Below, one piece after another: positions 36,901 to 50,291 of a DNA stretch of 64,000 bases (positions within the stretch are counted from its first letter, which is position 1; each line of letters begins with the position of its first letter). The stretch spans positions 28,024,001 to 28,088,000 of the forward strand of contig NC_047032.1 of NCBI RefSeq assembly GCF_902652985.1, given 5' to 3'. Both the position numbers and the translations under genes were made by a program. The stretch is from Pecten maximus (taxonomy: Eukaryota). The notes below the pieces were generated by a model, which worked only from the letters and a program-made list of their open reading frames with translations, was not told where the DNA came from and did not search any database.

Positions 36901-38816
36901 TATATTACCCGGATTGTATTATCCACGTCAACGACAAAAACAGGTGTGGCATAAAAGAGAATATGTACTGGAGTTCTCTTTTTTCAATGTAATCATCAAT
37001 TAATGCTCTTTATTGGGGCGACATCAAACTAGCCAGCGAAGCTTGAAAAAACAATGGGCAGCTACATGTATTATACCGAGAAGACAATGCCTCCATTAAT
37101 AGAACAATGATCGACATGAATCAATCGGTGCACACAGCAACTCGACAAAGAATAATGGTTTAAAATAAACAGTCTGTATTGATATACAGACAATGGAGTA
37201 TACAATACCGATAGAATGATACCCGACATAGCGTTGTATTGTCGTTTCTCGTGGTATCTTCTATAGGACATGGTAGCCAAATATACATATATATTGTTGA
37301 TACGTCCCAATGTAACCTAGTACTGATAATATCATATTTAGATTTATTGTGTTTCTCGACACTTTTCATGTATCAAGATCCTTTAACATTATTCTTTCAA
37401 CAATATACAATATAAATATTTGCATGCGATTTCGTAATTACTTTTCTTAATGAGTACATATAGGATTAGTAAAACGGAGCTCGGAATTGGGAAAGCATTC
37501 AGTGGATCAAAACAGCATGATTAGATCAGAGGATTGATTTAACTGTTATCTGGAATGTCACAAAATGATACAATTGGTCTGATGGCTCCAAAAGTAGAAC
37601 ATCAAATTGTGCAGCATTATTATAGGTAATTTGAGATGATGCCTGAATCTTGTAAAGTACAGTTCATCGTGATGCCGAGAAAAGCTAGATCTATCGATAA
37701 AACCATGCATTGTTGAAATCATAACCACGGCTTAATATAAGAAACATACTGATCAAAGGAGTCCTACACGCAGTCGGAAACTTTAACAGTATGAAATTGG
37801 TTAAATGTATGTCTCACATCACAGAATAATTTATTTAATACCATAGGGACCTTCACTGGATAAAGTACACCTTATTCTTAATATATATATATTATTACCA
37901 TATATTAAACACACGTGCTTATGTGAAAGGGCTATAATGTTTTTATTAATGGCTACTTAAGGGTGCTTAGAGCTAATCTATTATTCATCACAATATTGAA
38001 TATTTTAAGATATTGAGATAATCTTATTTACATTTATATTCCCATATCCCCTAAATGTACCATTAAAGCACTAGTGTTGTGACAGTCCTTATCCTAAAGT
38101 ATCTGTGGGTACTTACTGATGCTAAGAGCATAATCCATTATGAAGCGCAATGTTTAATATTTTAAAATGTTCAGATGTTTTCGTTTACATATAGGTTAAT
38201 TACAAATACAAGCCTAAATGTTTCACTTATAACATTAGCATTGTGAAATAACTATTGTCTTTAAGCACGCTTCATCTTGTATTGTAAAGCTATCTCGAAT
38301 ATATGGCAAGCCACTTCGGTACCGACTCCCCATATCCAACAATACCGCATCACCAATTGTGAGGCTGCACACGGTTCAACTTGCCATTTATTCAAGGAGC
38401 AATGTTAATCCAGGACATAACCAAATTATATAGGATCTCTTATATCTTAATTATATAAGATATCTTATAACTTAATTATATAAGATATCTTATAACTTAA
38501 TTATATAAGATATATTATAACTTAATCATATAAGATATCTTATAACTTAATCATATAAGATATCGTATAACTTAATTATATAAGATCTCTTAGAACTTAA
38601 TTATATAAGATATCTTATAACTTAATTATATAAGATATATTATAACTTAATCATATAAGATATCGTATTATTATTATTATTATTATTCTCTTTATTTCCT
38701 CCACAAATGAAGATTCACAAATAGAATAATTACATCATACAATCAACATATAAACAAGAATAGTCTGAATATACATATACAAAGTTATTTCACACACAAG
38801 TAATTATATTGAAACA

Positions 38817-41800
38817 TCAATTGTTAGCAAATTGGGTTATATTTTTAAGCATTTCATTCAGAAAATTTACATTTGCTAATCTTACATATTCGTTGTCTTC
38901 GTTAGACATGTCATAGTCTAACTTGCTTCCTAATAAAGCATTAACTAGTTCAAAATCTGATAAATTGTGAAGGTACGCAATAAAATCAATACCCAACATA
39001 TTAAATAAAAAACACCATAATTTATCACGAATAGCAGTATTCTTTTCACAATGTAGAATTATATGCATTAAAGTATCGTTGTATAAAATACCACAGTAGT
39101 GGCATAAAGCCATATGGTCCAACATACGAGATGTTGTACATAATTTTATGATACAGTGTATAGATTTATAATACTGAGGATATTTAATAGCCAATTTCCA
39201 TAAATAATGTGGTTTAATCTTAGAATGAATAAATTTAAATCTGAAAAAGTCATTGTGGTTATGCATACGTTCTAACCATGCAGTTTCCTCTACTCTATAT
39301 ACATTTTCATAGACACTTTTTTTCCATTGTAGTTTCCCCGGAAAATACCCTAGCTTTATATAGTCAACAAAAGTCTCATACAATGAATATTTTCTTAAAA
39401 TAGAAATAATGTCGGGTATAAATCCCTGTTGTTTTTCGTTGTTTACAATGAACATAAAAAATCTAGTAATAAATATCTTGTGTACTAGCATACTATTATC
39501 GATATTATAAATTCGTCCCAGAAATAATAATTTCTTGATATTAATATAAGATTCAATACTAGTCCAGCCAAGCAATGATACACACATGTCTGTCCTAGTT
39601 CTCTTTTCAAACCTTTGAATACTTTTCACAATAAAATTTTGTGCCTTTTCTAATAATAATACTTCAGTTTTGGAGAGTAACCATAGTTCACATCCGAAAA
39701 GTGCAGAAGGATACACTTTAATTTTGACTATTTTAGCAACAGTGAGAGGGTTAAGTGCGTTGGGATGAGCCCCAGATTTTAGAAGAGACATAACACCAGT
39801 TTTTAATTTACAACATGCTCTAGTAGTTCTTTCAACTGAATTTCTTCTGCCGTTTAACAATATTCCGACATGTTTAATTTCTTCAACTACAGGCAGTACA
39901 AATTTGTATAGGTAGACATTTTGTATATTATGGGATATGCGTTTTTCAGAAAACAATACAATTTTACTTTTCGTAGATGAGAAAGTGAATCTCCACTTCT
40001 TACTATAGGTTTCACATATATTAACCATTTTTTGTAGGCTTTGAAAATTTGTACTAACAAGACAAATGTCATCTGCCTGAGTTGGGATGTTAACTTTTAA
40101 ATCTGCAATAACTGCGCCGTTTCCACAATTTTCCATTTCATTCAGTAATTCGTTTATGAAAATTAGGTACAGCTTGGCAGACAAAGATCCCCCTTGCAAA
40201 ATCCCTCTCTCCATTTTGATCAAAGGTGATGTTAAGCCATTAAATAAGATTGAACTTTCTACATGTGTATACATTTCTTTAAGAATAACCCATATCTTGC
40301 CTCTCAGTCCAATTTCATGTATTTTAAAAAGAAGACCTGCGTGCCACACTGTGTCGAACGCCTTGTTGCTGTCTAAAAATGCAACATATACATTTGATCC
40401 ATTTTCTAAATTATAATTAATACATTCTTGTAAGTTAAAAGATGTGCATAGGCTACACAGATTACTTTGGTATGCAGACTGCTGCTTATTGGGAAACGTA
40501 TCAGAACATATGACTGGGCTGATTCTATTTGATATAGACATTTCAAATAACTTAAACATGACTGGCAGTAGGGTGATGCCTCTATAATTATTGGGATCAT
40601 CTTTTACTTTCCCTTGACCTTTGTGCAACGTAACAATTAATCCCTTTTTCCACTGTTTTGGGATGTATTCATTTTTTATTATCATATTGAACAACGCAGC
40701 CATATGTTCGAATAGTTTATTACTTCCGTACTTAAAATGCTCATAAACTAAACCATCATGCCCTCCAGCTTTATTTGTGCTGAGTTTCTTGCATGACGTC
40801 GATATCTCTACTGACGTAATGACGTCATTCAGGAAATTATCCTGTTCAAACTTAACATTGGACTCAATATTGTCAATATGCGTGTTAATATCATTTTCAA
40901 AGCCTGTTTCAAAACATTCATCCGATTTATCTTGAAATATCGTACCAAAATGTAACGCCCATGCCTCTACAATGTCAGCAGGCTCACGTAAGGTTTTACC
41001 ATTGTACCTTAATTCAGTTTGTGATTGGGGTCGTTTATTAACTTTACGTTTATACAATTGCCAAAACAATGTTTGGTCTATCTCACCACACTTATCAATT
41101 TCAGAAAACTGATTTGACATATAAGTATGAAAGGCAGTACGTAAATTTCTGCGAAAAATAGCTTTGTTTTGTTTATACTCCAAAAAACTGACGCTTCCGG
41201 ATCTTGGCCTACCTTCTAAGATCCAACGTTTCCTTTTATTAGTCATTACCTTATGCATTTGTGATACTTCGTCGTTCCAATACGGTTTAAGATAACTTTT
41301 GTATTCACTTTTAGGTAATGTTAAGTCAGCAGCTTTCTTGACTGACAATACTATGTTAGAATAATATCCGTCAATGTCGTTATTCGATATAATACCTTCA
41401 GGTATAATCACTGAACTTAAATTATCATCTAGACATATTGTATAACATTTCAAGGCATTGATTGTTTTTGCCTTTTTCCAATTATATTTTACATATGCAG
41501 ATCCCGCAGAATGAGGGGCAGAAACTGGTATGGATATGGAACATATGACAGGGTGATGTTCCGATAAATTATGAAGATCATCGTCTAGTACTTCACAGTA
41601 ATTTATCAAGTCAAAAACGTTTGACTGAATTAAGATATGATCAATGGTAGTACAGTGTCCTGTTTGAGGATAAAAGGTGTACACTGGTCCTTTACAATTT
41701 AACTGAACGTTAGCAGAATACAAATTAGTTCTATCTAAAAAAGATTGGAATACACTTGACCTTTCATTTTTTTCAAAATTACTTCTGTGCCCTCTGATTT

Positions 41801-42281
41801 TAACATTCAGATCACCAATTATAAAAACCCTACCCTTTTTTGAGTAAACTGTAACTAGTGACTCTAGAATTTCAACATGCTCAATAAAAACATCAATTGG
41901 TCTTGATGAGGCTGGCATATAAACTGCGAAACAGTACAAATATTCCTTATTGGGAGTTTGAATCTCCACACCAACTATCCTTGAACTTTCAACCTCTATT
42001 TCCGAAAAAATAAAATTGTTAGATTTACAAAGAATTACCACACCACCTCTAACGTTACATTTATACCGGAAAGGGTCAATTTCATGAACCGGTTTAACTA
42101 TAGCTGTATAACCATACTGTTTAAACATGTCGAAGAAAGATAAATTATATTCTCTCACCCAGTGTTCTGAAAGACCACAAATATCTATATGATATTTTTC
42201 TAAACATTCCAGTAAATATGGAGAGCCGGCCATAACGCCCTCTATGTTCCAACACATCATGTTAATTGAGTCAACCATCAT
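38817..42281 (-). CDS. LINE ORF2: AP endonuclease, reverse transcriptase and C-terminal CCHC finger (1154 aa)
   Basis: APE motifs CWNIEG, GLSEHW, GDLN, TIDHI, SEHHP. RT motifs NYRGITL, FLDSNKAFDTV, GILQGGSLS, QADD. Finger CHYC...HIILHC. Confidence 0.95.
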   Translation of the reverse strand: MMVDSINMMCWNIEGVMAGSPYLLECLEKYHIDICGLSEHWVREYNLSFFDMFKQYGYTAIVKPVHEIDPFRYKCNVRGGVVILCKSNNFIFSEIEVESSRIVGVEIQTPNKEYLYCFAVYMPASSRPIDVFIEHVEILESLVTVYSKKGRVFIIGDLNVKIRGHRSNFEKNERSSVFQSFLDRTNLYSANVQLNCKGPVYTFYPQTGHCTTIDHILIQSNVFDLINYCEVLDDDLHNLSEHHPVICSISIPVSAPHSAGSAYVKYNWKKAKTINALKCYTICLDDNLSSVIIPEGIISNNDIDGYYSNIVLSVKKAADLTLPKSEYKSYLKPYWNDEVSQMHKVMTNKRKRWILEGRPRSGSVSFLEYKQNKAIFRRNLRTAFHTYMSNQFSEIDKCGEIDQTLFWQLYKRKVNKRPQSQTELRYNGKTLREPADIVEAWALHFGTIFQDKSDECFETGFENDINTHIDNIESNVKFEQDNFLNDVITSVEISTSCKKLSTNKAGGHDGLVYEHFKYGSNKLFEHMAALFNMIIKNEYIPKQWKKGLIVTLHKGQGKVKDDPNNYRGITLLPVMFKLFEMSISNRISPVICSDTFPNKQQSAYQSNLCSLCTSFNLQECINYNLENGSNVYVAFLDSNKAFDTVWHAGLLFKIHEIGLRGKIWVILKEMYTHVESSILFNGLTSPLIKMERGILQGGSLSAKLYLIFINELLNEMENCGNGAVIADLKVNIPTQADDICLVSTNFQSLQKMVNICETYSKKWRFTFSSTKSKIVLFSEKRISHNIQNVYLYKFVLPVVEEIKHVGILLNGRRNSVERTTRACCKLKTGVMSLLKSGAHPNALNPLTVAKIVKIKVYPSALFGCELWLLSKTEVLLLEKAQNFIVKSIQRFEKRTRTDMCVSLLGWTSIESYINIKKLLFLGRIYNIDNSMLVHKIFITRFFMFIVNNEKQQGFIPDIISILRKYSLYETFVDYIKLGYFPGKLQWKKSVYENVYRVEETAWLERMHNHNDFFRFKFIHSKIKPHYLWKLAIKYPQYYKSIHCIIKLCTTSRMLDHMALCHYCGILYNDTLMHIILHCEKNTAIRDKLWCFLFNMLGIDFIAYLHNLSDFELVNALLGSKLDYDMSNEDNEYVRLANVNFLNEMLKNITQFANN

Positions 42282-42611
42282 TGATTTGGTTGTAAGAGAC
42301 TTGTCTCGGAACCCATTCTCTCATACCGATTCCACTAGGCCAGAAGCCACCAGCCGATATGATTCCGACGTCCTCTGATTGTATATTTAGTTGGGCGGAG
42401 GCTGTGGATTTCCAACTGTTCTGAAAATACTTTATATGCGTCACGCGCACACCTGATTTATGAAGAAAATCCCTCATCGCTGATTCTGACGCTATTCTCT
42501 TGTTAATACCATGTATATAGAACCGGCTTATTTTTTGTCTCGACACAGCCTTGTATCCAACAAATCGGTCTGCCAAGCTTGACTGTTCTTTTACAAAATC
42601 AGATTTTTCAC
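42271..42611 (-). pseudogene. C-terminal remnant of LINE ORF1
   Basis: Open frame ending ...FWPSGIGMREWVPRQVSYNQINDG*. It overlaps the ORF2 start by 11 nt and is cut off at the satellite junction. Confidence 0.7.
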
Positions 42612-44459
42612 AACTTAATCATATAAGATATCGTATAACTTAATTATATAGGATCTCTTAGAACTTAATTATATAAGATATCTTATAACTTAATCATATA
42701 AGATATCTTAGAACTTAATCATATAAGATATTTTATAACTTAATCATATAAGATATCTTATAATTTAATCATATAAGATATCTTATAGCTTAATCATATA
42801 AGATTTCTTATAACTTAATTATATAAGATATCTTATAACTTAATGATATAAGTTATCTTATAACTTAATCATATAAGATATCTTATAGCTTAATTATATT
42901 AAATCTCCTATAACTTAATTATATAAGATATCTTAGAACTTAATTATATAAGATATCTTATAACTTAATTATATAAGATATCTTATAACTTAATTATATT
43001 AAATCTCCTATAACTTAATTATATAAGATATCTTAGAACTTAAGTATATAAGATATCTTATAACTTAATTATATAAGATATCTTATAACTTAATTATATA
43101 AGATATCTTATAACTTAATTATATTAAATATATTCTAACTTAATCATATAAGATAACTTATAACTTAATTACATCAGATATCGTATAACTTAATCATATA
43201 AGATATCTTATAACTTAATTATATAAGATATCTTATAACTTAATTATATAAAACCTCTTATAAGGTGTATAAGATATATTATAAAGTGTATAAGATAACT
43301 TATTTAAAGTTGATGTGGGGTTATATACATTAGCAGTCGTACAGGGCAATTAAGCAGAGTAAAATACGAAGCCAAAAGCTAAAATATTATGATACAACTT
43401 TTAAATATTTTTGAATCACGCCAGACAGGACAAGATAACCAGTTCAGTTGTGTAACAATTTCCAGATAAACATTTACCCATAGCAAGTAACATAATAAAA
43501 AGTATACTAAACAACTAAAATGTGAAGTCCAATGTTCAAGTACAATGGTACAACATTTAAATATGTCTAACCCACGCGAGACAGGATCACCACTTCAGTT
43601 ATGTAACGATTTCCCTGAATAAACATAAAACGTTAAATATCCATTATTGTTTGATTAACGTACAAGTCTTGTAACAACATGATTATCTACTCTTGCACGT
43701 TAAACTTCCCGACAGGTAACCAGTCACGCAATAACGGATAGATTAAAGGGTAACTTTTTAGCTCTAAATTGATACAAATTGAACGATTTAAAAGAATTAC
43801 GCGTGCATAACAGAGCGGCCTTCTGATCGTGGTTTTGAAATCTAAAACTCAACATATATTTTAAATCCAAATTCTAACTCTATATCTTAGTTAGCATGTA
43901 TTTGGTGGTTAGATTTGGGATAAAAAATAGTGATTTTGGATCATATTTAGAGTACATTTTTTGTATTCATAAAACATGTTCTTCAGGTTTTGAAAGTATG
44001 GTTTATGTAAGGATTTCGTTACACAGCCAATGAATGTTTCTATGACTAGTACCACAGGCGCTTGCATAGAAAATGCGATTTTCAAAAAAAAAATGATATG
44101 ACAGTGGTATGTGTAATCTGTTAATACCACATCATTTTTTTTTTTTTTTTTGAAAATCGCATTTTCTATGCAAGCGCCTGTGACTAGTACGGTAGGAACT
44201 GTCACCATCATACAAATGACACCAGATATAGACAACATCCACAGGGTCATAACGTTTTCGAAACCAAAACATTATGCTCTGCCAGAAACATGTATTGGTG
44301 TTATCAGAACATATTTGTGGTGTCATATATATTTCTGGCTGTACAAGCGTTGGCCTGGATGTTTAAATAATAATGCATTGAAAAACAATGGTGACTTTCA
44401 TCCAAAACATCAGTCTATCAAATGTGAAGGATCAATATGTCTACGTTATAGCATTTATC

Positions 44460-44655
44460 TCAATGTAACCAGAAATCAAGTTTGAAGTGAAATAAGACAA
44501 CCAGTACGGAATAATACAATGTAACCAGAAATCAAGTTTGAAGTGAAATAGGACAACCAGTCCGAAATAATAAGACAACCAGTCCGGAATAATACAATGT
44601 AACCAGAAATCAAGTTTGAAGTGAAATAAGACAACCAGTCCGAAATAATAAGACT
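44460..44655. repeat. Complex short tandem duplication (CAATGTAACCAGAAATCAAGTTTGAAGTGAAATA x3)
   Basis: Read directly from the sequence. Confidence 0.85.
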
Positions 44656-45094
44656 CAAATGACAGCCAAAACATAATTCTTCCCGAAACGTCACACGTAC
44701 GGCATACATTTAACACAACTCGTTTTCATCTCTCAACTATAAACTTATTTTAAGTTCATTGGGGAATCGTTAAAGCTAAAGAATTCTGTCGTTTTTAACA
44801 CAATCTGGAATAATACCACAATGTTTGAGAAACGGCGTGAAACATTAAAGTCAAGTTTCCCAGCATCAATGTAAATTTCAGAGTCAATGGGCCATACCTC
44901 GGGATGATATTCTTTATCCGACTGGTAGTGAAATATTCACTAGGCGATATATTCACTGTGCCAGATTAACAGTGTATAGTATGGAGCATGCGTTGGATTT
45001 ACCTACATTAAATTTTGGATAAGACCGATATAAACGCAAAACTTTAACGTGGAATCTTAACGCCACCACCATCGCTTGTCTAAGTCCAAATTGT

Positions 45095-45520
45095 GTCAAA
45101 AAACAGGTTTTCCCCCCAAAATAATATTTCTGTTTGACTCCGGGATAGGATAGTATAACCCCACAGGGAGCCTAATGTCAAATATCAGTATCCTAGTACA
45201 ATTGTAAAGGGATGTGTTAATACCTTTCAACAATTGCACCAAAAACTTAAAAGTATTTTTCCATGTCCAAAATAGGTCAAAAAGCATTTTTTTCCCAAAA
45301 AAATAATATTCTATTTAGACTCCGGGAGAAAATAGTATAAACTCATAAGAAGCCGTATGCCAAATATCAGTACCCTAGTACAATTATAAAGTGATGTGTT
45401 AATGCCTTTCAACACTTGCACCGTAAACTTAAAGTTGGAAATCCAACGCCAACGCAAGACGCAGACGCCGGGGTGACAACGTTCACTTTCCTATTTTCTT
45501 CGAAGAGACGAGCTAAAGAT
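45095..45520 (+). mobile_element. Remnant of another HINE/pearl-like element
   Basis: Two diverged repeats of about 185 bp, followed by an ACGCC/GACGC tract, CCGGGGTGACAA and TTCTTCGAAGA..GAGCTAAA. Confidence 0.5.
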
Positions 45521-45960
45521 TTACCACAATCAGAGATGAGATCTTATCAAGATTAGTGGTTTGAAGTCAGTTTTTTTTTTTATTAGAAATTCAATGTTTT
45601 CTATGGGAGATTACAACACACAAAGGTAAATCTGAAATCATATTAAAAGCTACAAATCCTCGTATCTGATGTACCTATAAACGTAATAACTACTGTCAGA
45701 TCCTTTATGTTACTAACCGACCTAATCCATTCTTGTGCCTAACTCAATTGTCCAATATTGAGTCATAGAACATGAGATGTTATCCAAGATTTATCCAAAG
45801 GAACCACCAAGGAGGCAGTAAATAGCCCTTTATAAACTGTATTACAATGAAGGTACGGGTACTTCTAACCTGCTGTAGTAGCCGCATCCCGGCTTCTCCT
45901 GTCCATAGTAGGATACCCACGGTTTTTGCGCGTGCGTAGCGTAGTACAAACAATGCAACT

Positions 45961-48900
45961 GTGTCCGACTATGCCCCTACCGAGTGTCCGTCTATGCCCC
46001 TACCGTGTGTCCGACTATGTCCCCTACCGTGTGTCCGACTATGTTCCTACCGAGTGTCCGTCTATGCCCCTACTGTCTGTCCGACTATGTCCCTACCGAG
46101 TGTCCTAAAATGCCCCTACCGTGTGTCCGACTTTGCCCCTACCGAGTGTCCGACTATGTCCCTACCAAGTGTCCGACTATGCCCCTACTGTGTGTCCTAC
46201 TTTGCCCCTACCGAGTGTCCGACTATGCCCCTACCGAGTGTCCGACTATGCCCCTACCGAGTGTCCGACTTTGCCCCTACCGAGTGTCCGACTATGCCCC
46301 TACTTTGTGTCCGACTTTGCCCCTACCGAGTGTCCGACTATGCCCCTACCGAGTGTCCGACTATGCCCCTACCGAGTGTCCGACTATGTCCCTACCGAGT
46401 GTCCGACTATCTCCCTACCGAGTGTCCGACTATGCCCCTACCGAGTGTCCGACTATGTCCCTACCGAGTGTCCTACTATGTCCCTACCGTGTGTCCGACT
46501 ATGCCCCTACCGAGTGTCCGACTATGTCCCTACCGAGTGTCCGACTATGCCCCTACCGAGTGTCCGACTATGTCCCTACCAAGTGTCCGACTAATTCCCT
46601 ACCGAGTGTCCGACTATGTCTCTACCAAGTGTCCGACTATGTCCCTACCGTGTGTCCTACCAAGTGTCCGACTAAGCCCCTACCGAGTGTCCGACTAAGC
46701 CCCTACCGAGTGTCCGACTATGCCCCTACCGAGTGTCCGACTATGCCCCTACCGAGTGTCCGACTATGTCCCTACCGAGTGTCCGACTATGCCCCTACCG
46801 AGTGTCCGCCTATGTCCCTACCGAGTGTCCGCCTATGTCCCTACCGAGTGTCCGACTATGTCCCTACCAAGTGTCCGACTTTGTCCCTACCGAGTGTCCC
46901 AATATGTCCATACCGTGTGTCCCACTATGCCCCTACCGAGTGTCCGACTATGTCCCTACCAAGTGTCCGACTATGTCCCTACCAAGCGTCCGACTAATTC
47001 CCTATCGAGTGTCCGACTTTGTCCCTACCGAGTGTCCGACTATGTCCTTATCGAGTGTCCGACTATGTCTCTACCGAGTGTCCGACTATGTCCCTACCGA
47101 GTGTCCTACTATGTCCCTACCGAGTGTCCTACTAAGCCCCTACCGAGTGTCCGACTATGTCCCTACCGAGTGTCCTACCATGTCCCTACCGAGTGTCGGA
47201 CTATGCCCCTACCGAGTGTCCGACTATGCCCCTACCGAATGTCCTACTATGTCCCTACCGTGTGTCCGACTATGTCCCTACCGAGTGTCCTACTATGTCC
47301 CTACCGTGTGTCCGACTATGCCCCTACCGAGTGTCCGACTATGTCCCTACCGAGTGTCCGACTATGCCCCTACCGAGTGTCCGACTATGTCCCTACCGAG
47401 TGTCCTACTATGTCCCTACCGTGTGTCCGACTATGCCCCTACCGAGTGTCCGACTATGTCCCTACCGAGTGTCCGACTATGCCCCTACCGAGTGTCCGAC
47501 TATGTCCCTACCAAGTGTCCGACTAATTCCCTACCGAGTGTCCGACTATGTCTCTACCAAGTGTCCGACTATGTCCCTACCGTGTGTCCTACCAAGTGTC
47601 CGACTAAGCCCCTACCGAGTGTCCGACTAAGCCCCTACCGAGTGTCCGACTAATTCCCTACCGAGTGTCCGACTATGTCTCTACCAAGTGTCCGACTATG
47701 TCCCTACCGAGTGTCCGACTATGCCCCTACCGAGTGTCCGCCTATGTCCCTACCGAGTGTCCGCCTATGTCCCTACCGAGTGTCCGACTATGTCCCTACC
47801 AAGTGTCCGACTATGTCCCTACCGAGTGTCCCAATATGTCCATACCGTGTGTCCCACTATGCCCCTACCGAGTGTCCGACTATGTCCCTACCAAGTGTCC
47901 GACTATGTCCCTACCAAGCGTCCGACTAATTCCCTATCGAGTGTCCGACTTTGTCCCTACCGAGTGTCCGACTATGTCCCTATCGAGTGTCCGACTATGT
48001 CTCTACCGAGTTTCCGACTATGTCCCTACCGAGTGTCCTACTATGTCCCTACCGAGTGTCCTACTAAGCCCCTACCGAGTGTCCGACTATGTCCCTACCG
48101 AGTGTCCTACCATGTCCCTAACGAGTGTCGGACTATGCCCCTACCGAGTGTCCGACTATGTCCCTACCGAGTGTCAGACTATGTCTCTACCGAGTGTCCG
48201 TACCGAGTGTCCTATTATGTCCCTACCGAGTGTCCGACTATGTCCCTACCGTGTGTCCTACTATGTCCCTACCGAGTGTCCGACTATGTCCCTACCGAGT
48301 GTCCTACTAAGCCCCTACCGAGTGTCCGACTATGTCCCTACCGAGTGTCCGACTATGCCCCTACCGAATATCCGACTATGTCCCTACCGAGTGTCCGACT
48401 ATGTCCCTACCGAGTGTCCGACTATGTCCCTACCGAGTGTCCGACTATGCGCCTACCGTGTGTCCGACTTAGCCCCTACCGTGAGTCCGTCTATGCCCCT
48501 ACCGAGTGTCCTACTTTGCCCCTACCGAGTGTCCTACTATGCCCCTACCGAGTGTCCTACTTTGCCCCTACCGAGTGTCCTACTATGTCCCTACCGAGTG
48601 TCCGACTATGCCCCTACCGTGTGTCCGACTAAGCCCCTACCGAGTGTCCGACTATGCCCCTACCGTGTGTCCGACTATGCCCCTACCGAGTGCCCGACTA
48701 TGTCCCTACCGAGTGTCCGACTATGCCCCTACCGAGTGTCCGACTATGTCCCTACCGTGTGTCCGACTATGTCCCTATCGAGTGTCCGACTATGTCCCTA
48801 CCGAGTGTCCGACTATGCCCCTACCGATTGTCCGACTATGCCCCTACCGAGTGTCCGACTATGTCCCTACCGAGTGTCCGACTATGTCCCTACCGAGTGT

Positions 48901-50291
48901 CCGACTATGTCCCTACCGAGTGTCCTACCATGTCCCTACCGAGTGTCGGACTATGCCCCTACCGAGTGTCCGACTATGCCCCTACCGAATGTCCTATGTC
49001 CCTACCGTGTGTCCGACTATGTCCCTACCGAGTGTCCTACTATGTCCCTACCGTGTGTCCGACTAAGCCCCTACCGAGTGTCCGACTATGTCCCTACCAA
49101 GTGTCCGACTAATTCCCTATCGAGTGTCCGACTTTGTCCCTACCGAGTGTCCGACTATGTCCCTATCGAGTGTCCGACTATGTCTCTATCGAGTGTCCGA
49201 CTATGTCCCTACCGAGTGTCCTACTATGTCCCTACCGTGTGTCCTACTAAGCCCCTACCGAGTGTCCGACTATGTCCCTACCGAGTGTCCGACTAATTCC
49301 CTATCGAGTGTCCGACTTATGTCCCTACCGAGTGTCGGATTATGCCGCTACCGAGTGTCCGACTATGTCCCTACCGTGTGTCCGACTATGTCCCTACCGT
49401 GTGTCCGACTATGCCCCTACCGAGTGTCCGACTAAGCCCCTACCGAGTGTCCGACTATGTCCCTACCGAGTGTCCGACTATGTCCCTACCGTGTGTCCGA
49501 CTATGCCCCTACCGAGTGTCCGACTATGTCCCCTACCGAGTGTCCGACTATGTCCCTACCGAGTGTCCGACTATGTCCCTACCGTGTGTCCGACTATGCC
49601 ACTACCGAGTGTCCTACTATGTCCCTACCGAGTGTCCTACTATGCCCCTACCGTGTGTCCGACTAAGCCCCTACCGAGTGTCCGACTATGTCCCTACCGT
49701 GTGTCCGACTATGTCCCTACCGAGTGTCCTACTATTCCCCTACCGAGTGTCCGACTATGTCCCTACCGAGTGTCCGACTATTCCCCTACCGAGTGTCCGA
49801 CTAAGCCCCTACCGAGTGTCCGACTATGCCCCTACCGAGTGTCCGACTAAGCCCCTACCGAGTGTCCGACTATGTCCCTACCGAGTGTCCGACTATGTCC
49901 CTACCGAGTGTCCGACTATGTCCCTACCGTGTGTCCGACTATGTCCCTACCGAGTGTCCCAATGTCCATACCGTGTGTCCCACTATGCCCCTACCGAGTG
50001 TCCGACTATGCCCCTACCGAGTGTCCGACTATGTCCCTACCGTGTGTTCGACTATGCCCCTACCGAGTGTCCGACTATGCCCCTACCGAGTGTCCGACTA
50101 TGTCCCTACCGTGTGTCCTACCAAGTGTCCGACTAAGCCCCTACCGAGTGTCCGACTAAGCCCCTACCGAGTGTCCGACTAAGCCCCTACCGAGTGTCCG
50201 ACTAAGCCCCTACCGTGTGTCCTACTATGCCCCTACCGTGTGTCCGACTATGTCCCTGCCGAGTGTCATACTAAGCCCCTACCGAGTGTCC
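45961..50291. repeat. 23-bp satellite, about 188 copies (ACCGAGTGTCCGACTATGYCCCT)
   Basis: Read directly. Three units give the 23-aa repeat seen in all the overlapping ORFs. Confidence 0.97.

Larger units (their letters stand above)
38669..42611 (-). mobile_element. 5'-truncated non-LTR retrotransposon (APE-RT LINE, CR1/L2-like) with intact ORF2 and (AAT)n tail
   Basis: AATAAA followed by an (AAT)n tail at about 38669-38697, ORF2 at 38817-42281 and the 3' part of ORF1 at 42271-42611. A 25-bp direct repeat flanks it (38644-38668 and 42612-42636) within a 24-bp satellite. Confidence 0.92.
38425..43300. repeat. 24-bp AT-rich satellite split by the LINE (38425-38668 and 42612-43300)
   Basis: Unit AACTTAATYATATAAGATATCTTAT-like, containing the palindrome TATAAGATATCTTATA. 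Confidence 0.93.
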
